This document shows, piece by piece, positions 1 through 36,157 of a stretch of 64,000 nucleotides of DNA. Both the position numbers and the translations under genes were made by a program. Within the stretch, counting starts at the first letter, position 1; every line of letters begins with the position of its first letter. Source of the DNA: Lama guanicoe (Eukaryota). The stretch is taken from contig MU057202.1 in assembly GCA_013239625.1 (NCBI GenBank), positions 3,919,101 to 3,983,100 on the forward strand, in the 5' to 3' direction. The notes beneath the pieces are model-generated. The model made no database searches, was not told the origin of the DNA, and saw only the letters and a list, made by a program, of their open reading frames with translations.

Positions 1-105
1 TAATCTCAAATCTAAGTTCCCTTGGTAAATGTATGGCACTCATAGGCATCTTTGGTAAAAAATAATCCTAATTACATCAGAAATTGCCATGCTTGACTTG
101 GACCA

Positions 106-470
106 CCAGTTCTCAAAGTGAGGTCCAAGGAGCACTGGGGGGGTCCCCAAGACCTCTCATGGAGTCCAGAAAAGTCACACTATCTCCCTGTCCCTGCTAG
201 GAGGTTTCTCTCTGTTTCGCACTGTCTCCTCCCAAGAGCACGTGCGTGATGTAGGATGACGTCGTCCCTCTGACAGCTGAGTGTGCGTTCTTGTGATTCA
301 GACATTTCTCCATTTCAGTATGAACACGGTAAATATCAGTGGACACAACTCACAGAAGCAAAATCTCTGTGGGATCCTACAGAGAACCTACATATTTTAA
401 GGCTTAGCCAGTGCCAAGAGCAGTGCAGCTGTGAACATACCACAGCTGACTTGACCAAGCTCCATTGGCA
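106..470. mobile_element. hAT-Charlie-type MER DNA transposon relic
   Basis: CAGTTCTCAAAGTGAGGTCC...GGGGTCCCCAAGACC terminus resembles Charlie/MER ends; subfamily not assignable by eye. Confidence 0.5.
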
Positions 471-664
471 TGGAGGTCAAGCCCCAGAGAATATAAAAAC
501 ATTTTAAGATAATGCATGACGTGTGTTGAACACAGAAGCAGTAAGATCAGGACTGTAGACCTGGGGGGGTCTGCACTCAGCCTCCTGCAGACAAACCCCC
601 ACAATACACGGTCACTGAGAGGACAGACTCAAGACCAGACTGTCCGAGTTCACACCCCAACTCT

Positions 665-800
665 GCCGCTGGGGCAAGGTGTTCACCACTCAGGACCTCG
701 GTTTCCCCATCTACAGTGGGGAATGAGCACGTACCTGGCAGGATTCTTTGGAAGAATAACAGCCAAGATGGTCAGAATGGCATCTGCATGGTAGTAGACC
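665..800 (+). mobile_element. MIR fragment
   Basis: GGGCAAG...CCTCGGTTTCCCCATCTACAGTGGGGAAT core. Similar MIR cores lie near 5500-5570 (-), 6200-6410 (+), 40810-40970 (+) and 56630-56720 (-). Confidence 0.65.
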
Positions 801-2967
801 CGTGTTAACCGTAACTGCGAACAGAAGGAAACACTGCATTAGTGCTGCAATGTCTTTTCATAGTTCTTTTCAGTAGTTACCTGTCATCAAGCTTCAGTTA
901 TTGACTACCTAGTGGGAGCGAGCCCCCAGCAAAGCACGCAGAGGGTGGCGGTGTAGGTGAGCCTGATGGAGGTGGGGACAGATGAGGGTGGGGCTGGGGC
1001 TGCCGGCAAGGGTGGGGCTCCGGGAGCCCTGTGGTCTGGAAGACTGAGTCCTGTGTCACCAGACGGGGAGACGGGTGCAGGACAACAGGGAGGGATGGGG
1101 AGAGGTTGGGCCCCACAGAAGCGGAGGGAGTCTAGGGGACAATGAAAGGCAGCATGTGAGGAAGGGGCTCATGAGCCAGAAGGTGGCCCTGGGGCTGTCC
1201 CGCACGTCACTTGTGCACCTGGCGATGGGTCTGCTGTGGCAGGCATGCCCTGGCCAGGCCGGGGCTGCAGGAGCCGGGACACTGGACACCCAGCTCTTCC
1301 CGAGAACTGCCCCCTTCCTGCTTCCTGGGGTCCTGGTCCAGAGACAGTGCTCCAGGCATGCACATAACTTGTATGGCGCAGGATCCTGGAGACAGCATCC
1401 TGGGATCCCAGCTTTACTTTGCAACTTCAAAAAGTATTCAGAAAATGAAAGGAAAGAATTCACATGAGTTAATGGAGGGTCCTGGGCTGCACCCGGATTC
1501 CAGCATTGAAAGCTCTGAACCATCTCCCACCTGAGCTGTCCAGCCAGGCCAGCCTGTCCCTATCCACCCCTACAGGTGCTCCAGTTCCTCCCTTCTGCCA
1601 GTGGAGATGGATTGTAAATATAGTCCATGAGATTTGTCTTATTTTGTTTATTCTGTTTAAGAAAAGGTAACCTCGTATAGGACTGCCTTACGGCTCAAGT
1701 AACAAATAAACTGTCAAGTGAAATAAAACATAAAGCAGCAGAAACGGGGAAGGTGAAACTCAGACTGCGTGCTTTGATTTGAGGCCTGAATGAATCGAAG
1801 TATCCTTCTGTCTCCAAATAGTCTCTAACTTGACCTGACCAGCTCTCGTGCCTCCTCCAACCAGGGCAGCCCACGAACTCCAGCAACACAGGACCCTCTG
1901 AGGGAAGGTGCGGATCGTGCTGCAGGGAGACCCTGGCACCCAGCCACACCTGCTGGAATGTGTCTTTTTCCAAGGATCCATGGCAGGAGGGGGGCTTAAG
2001 TGAGCCGCAGCTCAAATTCTACATAGAAGTGGCCACCTCTTCCTCTGTCAAATTGACCCTGTCCATTACATGAAAAGGAGGCAGTGCCTGAAAGCCTCGT
2101 TCATTCCCCTTAGATCTGAGCCTGGTGGCCACTGCCCCCTGGCCTGCCTGTCCCCGTGCTCAGCCCTCATACCCTGGGCTGGGTCTGGGCCTCCAGCCAC
2201 TGAGATAAGCTGAAAGCTACCCAGGCTAACCAGTGCCTCCTGGAGCCCAGCCCCTCTCATCCCCCGCCTCCACCCAGGCAGGCTCTCCCATTTCCCTCCT
2301 CCATTCGCCCTGGAGTCCATTCCCCATGAAGTAGTCAGAACGATGCTTTTAAACCAGACCAGTTGGTTCCAGTCTCAAAATCCCCCACATCCTCCAGCAT
2401 AGCGGCAGGCACCTCTGGGCTCTGCAGCCCCGGCCTGACCCCAGCCCTGCCTCTTCCCTCCTCCAACCCAGCCCCAACCATCTTCAGACCCGCACACTCT
2501 GGCCTTCACCCTCCCTTCACTCCTGCCCTAAAACTCCCTTCCAAAATAGCAAACTTTATATTATGTCTGTTTTACCACAACTTTTTAAACGTGCCCTTCT
2601 CTGCAAAGCCTCCCCAGCCACCTCATCACAGGCTCTGTCTGCCTCCGAGGACACTTACCAGGTGACTTGTGTGCTTGGTTTACTGTTGTTTCTCTCCAGT
2701 CACCAGAGCGTCATTTTGTTCACTGCTGCGTCCTCAGCACCAAGGATGCAGACATGCAATAAGTGTCTATGTAAAGACAATTCCAGTTCATCCCACAGAA
2801 ATCTCCTTTTCACTCCAGTTCCTTCATTCTCTGCAGGTGCTTTGGGGGCATCTCACCAGTCCCAGCTCTGGTGTGTCTTTCCCCATCCTCTGCATTTTTC
2901 ATTATTTCTTGTGACCTGTTTTTACCCTCTCCTCTCCCCTTCCCTTCCCCTGTCGCGTTCCCTCACA

Positions 2968-3037
2968 GAGGCACTGGATGGAACCCAGGACCTTCCAGAT
3001 GCAAAGCACACGCTCTACCACTGGGCTATACCCACCC
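2968..3037 (-). mobile_element. tRNA-derived SINE (camelid type), 5' part
   Basis: Reverse complement GGGTGGGTATAGCCCAGTGGTAGAGCGTGTGCTTTGCATC...CCTGGGTTCCATCCAGTGCCTC with A and B boxes. Confidence 0.8.
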
Positions 3038-4195
3038 TGTCCCCGTCTTTCTCCTTTTGTTCTGCACTACGAAACATGGAGAATGGGCTAGCAACCCCGA
3101 GTCTGAGGGCACAGGATAGGAGCTGGAGGGAGGCAACTTTTCCTCAGCGGGCTAGCAGGAAGGCAGAGGCATCTGCGGACACTGGCCCATCATCGTGTCT
3201 TTCCCCTGGGCTGCTGCCGCTGTCCACATTCCACAGGGCTCCTGGGAGCGTCTAGAGGCAGGCCCACCACGGACTTGCTGGTGAAACAGCCACATTATGG
3301 ATCCAGAACCAGCCAGTCAGTGAGTGCTCTGTGTCTTAACAGGAAAGGCACAAAGGCTGGGGACTGCCCTCCTTCAGGGAGACCATGTGTGCTCTGTCCA
3401 ACCAGAAATGGAGCCCCGTTGCTGACAATGGCTAGCGGCGTATTACGGGATGCATCCTCTGGTCTCTGGCTACATCCTGGAGACTAGTGAACAGAGCAAG
3501 CTGTTGACTCCAGGGCACATTCACGGGAAGCTCCCAGAAGGTCAGACACAGACAAATGAATCCTTTCTTCTTCCCTTATCATTCACCTAACAAGTGACCT
3601 GAGGAACCAGAGAGGTACAGGTTGTAAACTGGACATCCAGACACGGCCCCTCTTTCCTGGTAGCTGAACCTAGACAAGGCTTCTGGACCAGTACTGGGGC
3701 ATGGAGGAGGAACCTTGGGTGTCTGGCTGTGGCTCCCCAGCGGCTAATGGACCTGGAGAGGCACACCCCAACTTGGATGGTCAGAAAGACTGTAAACATG
3801 CACTGTGAGAACGAGGTCGACCCAGGATAAGGGTGTGAAGGCGGGTCCCGCTTCCGGTAACTGGATCTAGGGACGCAAACCAGACTGCGCAGAGGCTCAC
3901 CTGCAGCCTCTGTCTCTTGGCTGTGTGGCCCCACCCTCTCCAACCACAGCGGGAAGGGTGTTGCAGAACTGCTGATTCATGCTTCTGCTCCATGACCCCA
4001 AAGGCAAGGTCCCCTCCCTGCCTTCAAACACAAGTCCTAAGGAACGACTGTGGGGTTGACGCTCCTGTTCCCGAACCAGCCAGTGTGGTGATCAGTGACT
4101 CCATGAAGGGCTAGGACCACGTGACGGGGCACCGAGGAACCGAGGGGACCAGCTTTGCTGAGCAGATCTGAACATCAGATTTCTCTGAACATCAC

Positions 4196-4532
4196 TGTGG
4201 TCAGCAGCCTCCAAGCTGGCTGTCCATGACCCCTACCCCCTGGAATTAGCACCTGTGGGTTGTTCCTGCCGAACGGTACCACGTCATGTGAGTGGCCTAT
4301 GGAGCGGCACGTGATGAGGAGCTGCCTGCTGTCTCCCGCCAGCAGCACCTCAGAAGCCTGGAGGTTTCAAAAGACTACAACCCCACCTCCATGCACCCAG
4401 GTGGGTGAGAGGCTCAGCCAGAACTCGCCAGCCAACCTCCTGACCCTCAGAAACCGTGAGGGAATTAACACTGGCTGTTCTAACCTGCTAAGTTTTAGGC
4501 TAGTTTGTTCCATAGCAATCGACAGCTGATAA
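4196..4532 (+). mobile_element. MaLR solo LTR (MLT1-like)
   Basis: TGTGG start; 3' end CCTGACCCTCAGAAACCGTGAG...CTAAGTTTTAGGCTAGTTTGTTCCATAGCAATCGACAGCTGATAAA. Confidence 0.75.
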
Positions 4533-5226
4533 AGTCCACAGAGCCAGTGGTTACATGAAGGAATTTAGGAAGAAGCAAATAATTATTTAATTTTTAGTAG
4601 GAAAGCCTAGATCTTAAACCCGAAAGATCAACTTCTTTCCCTAGACTGCAGAAGTATGATTCCTACTTTACAGCTGAGGTGACTGATGGGAGAGAAGCTG
4701 GCCTGGAGCCCTCAGCTGACCACGCGGGAACAAGAGCTGCGGGGACCCACGAGGACTCAGACTCTGCCCCTCCCCCCGCCCACCGGTGGTGCAAAGGGCA
4801 GCCCTCCCAGCCTCCCTGGTCATGCTCGGCACCCTGGTGTCAGGGTGGCAGTCCACTGACCTAGGCGGTCACCATGAGTGCCTCTGAGTCATGGGAGGCC
4901 ATGTCGAACCGTCCTGGTGTACAGAGTTCAGAGCAGAGGAAGATATAAACAGAAATCACGGTACAGCAGGAACTGAGGGCAGGGGACGGGAGTGGCTGCA
5001 AGGACCATGGAGCTCCTGCTTCTTACATGGGGCCCAGAGGAGGCAGGTCTGGTGTGCCGCCCCCAGGCCCTTCTCTCCGGGAGGCTTGAATCCTCTAACC
5101 AAGCCGGAGGCCGCAGCAGAGGTGAGGCTCTGAGTCAGGCCCACCTCTCACCTGAGGCCTGGGACACAGCCAGACTTCAGAGCGCAGTTGTTAAATAAAT
5201 GGGTTTGGACAAACAATTGACCTTCC

Positions 5227-5357
5227 GGGGAGGGAGGGTATATAGCTCAAGGGGTTCAATCCCCAGTACCTCCTCCAAGAAAAAACAAATAAACCCAATT
5301 ACTTTCCCCCACCAGAAAAAAAAAAAAAAGGAAAGGAAAGAAAAGAAAAGAAAAAAG
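5227..5357 (+). mobile_element. tRNA-derived SINE with internal deletion and A-rich tail
   Basis: GGGAGGGTATAGCTCAA joined directly to GGGTTCAATCCCCAGTACCTCC; poly(A)/GAAAA tail. Confidence 0.85.
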
Positions 5358-6994
5358 ATTGCATCCCCAGAACCTTACTTCCCAGGACATCCTGCATGTG
5401 AAAGGCTTCCCCACTGACAAGCTGCTTTCAGACTTTCATTGCATTTTACAACTCCATGGGGTACCCGGGGCTGCTATCAGCCTCATTTTGCTGACAGCTT
5501 TATCCCCATTTTTCCTGAGGAGAAAACTGAGGCCTGGAGAAGGTAAACACTTGCCCAAGGTCAGAGACTCAGAAAGACTGGAGGCTGCGTTCTTCCTCCA
5601 GAGCCTGCCCCGCCGCCACCCTGCACTGCTTCCAGGGCAGTCGCCGATAACACTTCTATTTCAAACTGTGTTAACAGGATAGATCTTACCCTCTTCCCAA
5701 ACACATTCAAACTTGTGAGAGGCTGAGTCACAAAGCCTGCTGGCAGGGTGATGAAGGGGCAGGGGTGGGGGTGGGGCTCGGTCACTTCCTGTCAGGTCGG
5801 CATTGCACCAGCTTTGATCGGGTGCAAGGGTGCAAGGGTGCAAGAAACCACTCTCGGAAGCCTGGTCACGGTCACGGGACTGGTCTGGGGACAGTGGACA
5901 GCGGAATGTGGGTGGGACAGTTTAACCAGGGGGAAAAACAGTGAAGGAGGAGACTGGGGAGGATGGACTGTGGACAGAGCGTGAGAAAAGGCAGGCAGCC
6001 CCACCGTGCCGGTCAGGGCGGGCCCCTTCACAACCAACTGCACACGAGAACCTGGTGGCCAGGGCTGAGGAATAATAATCAGGACACCACTTAAAAAACA
6101 GTCCCCAAACCTTTCTAGCTTCAGGAGTGACGGGAAGGACGTGTGATTTATCCGTCATACATGTGCCTCCTATAACATACAAGGCCATCACGTGGAGAGC
6201 ACAGGCCCCGAAGTCAGTCAGGCCAGCTCTGAAACTGTGCCGTCACTTTTTAGCTGTGATCTTGGGGCTGTGAGATCAAGCTGTTTCCAGTCTGTTTCCT
6301 TATCCATAAAATAGATGCAAAAGCATTTACTTTGCAGACTTGTGAAGATTCCAAGAGTGTCTAGGGTACAGAGCCAGGCACTAGGCAGCACTCAGCAAGG
6401 CTGGTTACTGTTTAATGATTCCTCTTTAGGAGTTTGGGGAAGACAGAAAAGCACAGAAAAAAACTTGTCACCATAACCCTACTTCTGTGAGACAATCAGC
6501 AGCCTGAGACCTAAGCATTCAAGTACCAGACCCCAGGTGGGCTGGGACAGAGTCGGGGACGGCCTGGGCCCAGGAATAAAACAACAGACTCTCCCCTTCT
6601 CCCAGGGACAGCTAGTGGACGAGGCCTCCTGGGCCTTGACCGTGGTCACCAGGGCTGCGCACTTCCAGAGTGAGTCAGCCTGTCTCCAGAAGAAAACAAC
6701 AGTCCAGGAGACGGTTGGCTCTCCAGAGTTAAGCATCTGAGGACAGAAAACGCCAGCCGCCTGAGCGGGGGCGCTCAGACCCTCCTCCCGACGCTCTCGT
6801 TCTGACCCTGAGTCCCTCCTCATCCTCTCCGAGCACAGGACTCTCCAGGCACCCCCCGGGCGGACGCTGCGGCCCGAGGCCAGCCAGGCGGAGACCGCCC
6901 GTTGGCAGCACCCTCCTCGAGCCAAGACGGGGCCAGGGTCAGGGTCCGAGTCCGAGGTCGGAGAACAGGAGTACAGGTCCTTGAGTCGGGGTCA

Positions 6995-7024
6995 GGGTCC
7001 GGGTCCGGGTCCGGGTCCGGGTCC
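6995..7024 (+). repeat. (GGGTCC)5 hexamer repeat in SPG7 promoter
   Basis: Five perfect copies with degenerate copies on both sides (6935-7047). Confidence 0.95.
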
Positions 7025-7380
7025 AGGTAGGATTCCGGGTCAGGGCCGCGGTCGCGCCCCGCCATCTGAGCACGCTCCGCGCCCCAGGACCTCCCTCCTC
7101 GCCTCCGCAGTCCCCGGTCCCCCTGCGCCAAGTCCTCCCGGCAGCGGCGGCCCGGAGCAGGGTCCCAAGGTCCTCCCTCCCGGGCCCGCCAGGCTGCATG
7201 TTAACTCGCGGCGCTCCGCACCGGGTGGCACCTCAAACCGCCAGAGGGGCCCACCTGAATGCAAGAAGCCAGCCGGCCGCGCGCCCCCGATACCCGGGCG
7301 CGGGGCCGAGGCCCCCTACGCCGCACCGCGCAGGCGCCCCGAGGCGGCCCCGACCGCGCAGGCGCCGCTTCCGGGTCAAC

Positions 7381-30416
<23,036 letters not shown>

Positions 30417-31190
30417 CAGGCCTGCTTGCCTGTGGCCTGGGGACCTGGGAGGGGCGGTGGACGGGCCTGAGATCTATTTACTGACTTCCCTGCCTGTGAG
30501 GAGTAAACAGACCGTAGTGCAGAGATGGTTTCATCTGTGTGTGTGGGTGGTCCTCGCCCGTGGGAGGGTCTTCTGGGCTTGGTATGGGTGTGCGTGGAGT
30601 GGTCCCCTAGCTCCCAGGCTTGTGACACTGGTCTCGTGGGTGCCGGGCACCTCCCAGCCCGTGACTCAGTCAGAATGCTAGCAGGGCCTGCCTGAAAGGA
30701 CCCTCTGAACTGATGGTTGCCCGTCCTCTGCTGGGCCCTGTCCTGGGCTCATGTGTCAGAAGGGTCACAGTCGGACCGACATTGGATCTGGAGGACTAAA
30801 GCACCGCCACCTGCTTCCGTGAGGATGGGCGCACCTGAGGATTGTGACTGCGTTGGAAACTCTGTGAGCAGAGGGCCTGTATGTCCTGCGTGGTCAGCTC
30901 TGCTCCAGAGGCTGTTGGGTTTGTCCTGTGTTTGCAGTGCGTAATGTCAGCTCTCTGGTGACCAGTCAGGAGGGGAGGAACAGACAGATGCAGTCCGCTG
31001 CTTCACGCTGGGCTCCTTGCCTGGCAGAGTGGATACAGCGTGGCCTGACCGTAGCTTCTGGAACTCTGCATCTGAGGTGTGAGGGCTCCTCCTTCAGACA
31101 GACATGAGTTCTTTAAGTAAATGTATATTTAACATAATCAGAGCCTCAGGGGAATATTAGAGAATACTGAAAGCGTAATTTACAGTTCTT

Positions 31191-31285
31191 GGGTTTTGGG
31201 GGAGGGGAGGCAGGTGACTTGGTTTTTAGAGGCAGTGCTGAGGATTGAGCCCAGGACTTTGTGCATGTGTAGCTATACCCTCCCC
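31191..31285 (-). mobile_element. tRNA-derived SINE, antisense in probable SPG7 3'UTR, with TSD
   Basis: GATTGAGCCCAGG...AGCTATACCCTCCCC; TSD AA(T/C)TTACAGTTCTT at 31177-31190 and 31286-31299. Confidence 0.85.
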
Positions 31286-31340
31286 AACTTACAGTTCTTA
31301 AATCATAATACAGATTGTTCTCCACTCTGATCTATGCTCA

Positions 31341-31346
31341 AATAAA
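31341..31346 (+). terminator. Probable SPG7 polyadenylation signal
   Basis: First AATAAA seen after the stop, followed by a T/GT-rich tract. A weaker AGTAAA lies at 30502-30507. Confidence 0.6.
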
Positions 31347-31365
31347 CGTGATTTCTTTGTTATGC

Positions 31366-31543
31366 TTTTTTAAATTTTATTTTTTAATTTTTTGTTGAGA
31401 TGCAGTGTATTAGTTTCAGGTGTACAACACGACTGGTATTGAGAGGATCACCACAGTTGGTTAACATCTGTCACCACACAGTTACAGAAGTTTTTCTTGT
31501 GATGAGAACTTTTAAGATCCATTCTCTAGGCAACTTTCAAATA
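31366..31543 (-). mobile_element. LINE-1 3' end fragment (L1MA-like)
   Basis: T-rich tail, TAGTTTCAGGTGTACAACA, TTTTTCTTGTGATGAGAACTTTTAAGATC...GCAACTTTCAAATA. Confidence 0.8.
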
Positions 31544-33539
31544 AGACCATTTTTGACAATAACGCACTTCCAGGTGCTCACCGACAGTGGTTCTGCTGTT
31601 TCCGGCATCTTTCCTTCAGCCTCCATCTGGGTTCCATGTAGCCTATGGCTCTGGACAGCTGTGTGGCTAGCTGGCTGGCTCCAAGCTCTGTGATTAAGCT
31701 CTGAAGTCGTCCTGTCCCTACTAAGTTATTAGGCTACTGCTTTTCCATATTTATGACATGGTTAGCAGGCTAATTTACAAAGTGCTATAGTGACATGACT
31801 TTTTTTTTTCTTAAAACATTACAAAAACCACTTTGCTGTTAGGAGATTAATTTTAAAAATCAAGGATGTGTGTCACAGGGCTCCAGGAGCTGCTGCCGAG
31901 CATCTCTGATGCCAACCTTGAAAGCTCCAGCTGGAGGCCAGTCAGGTGCAGGAGTGGAGTGAGCCCCGCGGTCTCTGGGGCCCGGTCTTGCAAGGAAATC
32001 CTGGGAGGCTGTTGAAGACCCCACAGCTCCAGGGGAGTGCATCCGGGAACCCTGCCCCTAGGTGGACACTGTGTCCAGGGGACATTAATGAGTCCCTTCA
32101 GTGACCCTTGCAGGCCCAAGCCTCGGACAGAAGCCTCAGCAGAGCTATGGCTGTGGAGTTCTGCGCCAAGGAGGACAGAGACAGTCCCTATAGCTAAAGA
32201 CTTTTAAAACCCTTGAGCCAGCAAGTCTTTGTAGCAGAAGGACTCCTGCGTTACAAGTTCATGACAGTTCACTTCTTCCATCTGTACCAACTGAAAAGGT
32301 GAGCATGTTTTCAGCAGAATTTCGTATGAGAACCTTCCTTGCCTTGCTGTCCTGCATACTTTTCGAAGGAAGGAAGTATGGAGTATCCGTGCATGGGACA
32401 TTATGGCGGGCTGTGTCGTGTGCCGCGGCCCAAGGTCCCGGAATTAGTTTCACTTCCTGACTGCTGCAGACTTCAGGCCCTCACCCAGTGACCTGGGCAG
32501 CATCCTGGCTGAGCAGACCGAGCTGCGTGAGTCTGTGGGTCTGTCTGGAAAGAGAAACTGGGGATGGGGACAGGGATGTGTTTGGGAATAGAAAGAGCAA
32601 GTTAATGGTGGGATCACCAAAGGGCATCTGGGAAAGACGTGGGAAACACGGGCTAACGCTAGACTGATTCAAACCCACGTCAAGGCCAGGGTCTACTCGG
32701 CAGACATTCTCTCCAGGGTCCCTCTGCTGCCACAGTGGTGTGGGTTCAGGCCTGGGTGGTGATGTGTGGGGCCGATACGCATTCTTGCTCTCCTCCCTTC
32801 TCTTCTGCACTTCCTTCACTGCTCTGGCTCCTACCACATCCCCTGGAAGCTGAGCTGGTGTCATTAGCAACAACCAGCATCCCTGACTTAACCATGTGCT
32901 GGCCCTGGCCTAACTGGCCTCCCAGCAGCTCCTCCCATTTCACAGAAAGAAACAGTTAAAATAACTTGCCCACAGCCTCAAGACTAGTACAAAGACTAAC
33001 CAACTCCACAGCCACTCTCCTGTGGGTCACTGACCTTCCTGTTTGGTCATCTGTTTGTGAAAGTGGCAGGCTACAGATTTTACACAATGACGTCACATAT
33101 AAGTACCATTTTTGCTGAGAAGTGCTTCCATGCAGTAGCTAACATCTCTCAGCAAAGCAGGAGGGGGACCACCCTTGCTTCAGAGATGAGCACACACCTA
33201 GCCTCTGCACTTGTCCGTCTCCCTGACCATGACCGTGTACCTCCTCAGGGAGCCCCAGCCTGATTTTTCTAATACCCAAGGGTGACTCAATAGGGCAGAA
33301 AACTCTGCAACCTGGTTACTCAGGGTACAACACGGGCCTCCAAATTTCTCATTTTGTATCATGAAATTCTTAAAATACTCATTAGGTTTCACGAGGAGGA
33401 AGCTTAGTTATTGGGGTGAGAGCGGGGAAGAAGGGGTTACTGGGTGCAAAGGCTTACAGATGGCAGGAGGGTGCTGGCGACTTAACAAGACAGTCTTGGG
33501 AACAAGAGGCGCACAGGGCCCAGGTCACAGATGTTTTAA

Positions 33540-34063
33540 AGAAGCTCGCCTGCGTGGGAGGCAGTGTGCGCGGACGGCCACGCGGGTTCTTAGTTCCACA
33601 CTCAAGACCTCTCTGCGACAAGCGCGGGGCGCTCTGGAGGCCCGGCTGTAGCCCCATCTGGAGTGCGTTCTGCCCAAAGGCACGGCTCCCAGCGGCGGCA
33701 GGGGCTGCGGACCGGCCCGCGGGGGAGAGGCTTCAGGTGGTGGCGATACCGACCTCGCCTCGCGGCGTGAACAAGCAGAGCCGGACCCAAGCCGACGCTG
33801 TCTGCGGGACTGGGAGGGACTGGGGCTCGGGGAGTGCGGGGCCGAGGGTGGGGGGCTCCGGGAGCGCGGAGAATAAGGAAAAAGAGTTACGGCGCCATGC
33901 CCAAGGGCACCGCGAGAGCTCCCGGGAGAGCTGGTACGTCACTCGGCACCCTCAGCTCTGATAGGTCGGAACGCTCCAACGCTTCTGATTGGCCGGACCC
34001 ACTACCATCCCAGGGTGCTCTGCGACGCTTCTTCCTTTCCCCGGCTGTACGCCCTCGAAGGAG
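33540..34063 (+). promoter_or_regulatory. RPL13: RPL13 CpG-island promoter, 5'TOP/TCT initiator and non-coding exon 1
   Basis: Pyrimidine tract CTTCTTCCTTTCCCC at 34028-34042, donor GAG|GTGAGT at 34063/34064, inverted CCAAT (GATTGG) near 33987, CRE-like TACGTCA near 33935. Confidence 0.85.
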
Positions 34064-34209
34064 GTGAGTGCGCGCCGCTCGGCGCCATCGCTGCTATCCG
34101 ACCCCATCCGGCCCAATCCGCCGCCTCCGGGGCCCACCCGCTGCCGCCGGCGTTAGGCCGTGGCCTGGGCTCTGTGCTCGCGCCGCGTCGGGCCGGCGCC
34201 GGGCCCTGA

Positions 34210-36157
<1,948 letters not shown>

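Noticed and set aside
1-6700. Many short ORFs upstream of SPG7, or possible ANKRD11 sequence
   Set aside because: No recognisable coding signal; the region consists of repeat relics and intergenic DNA.
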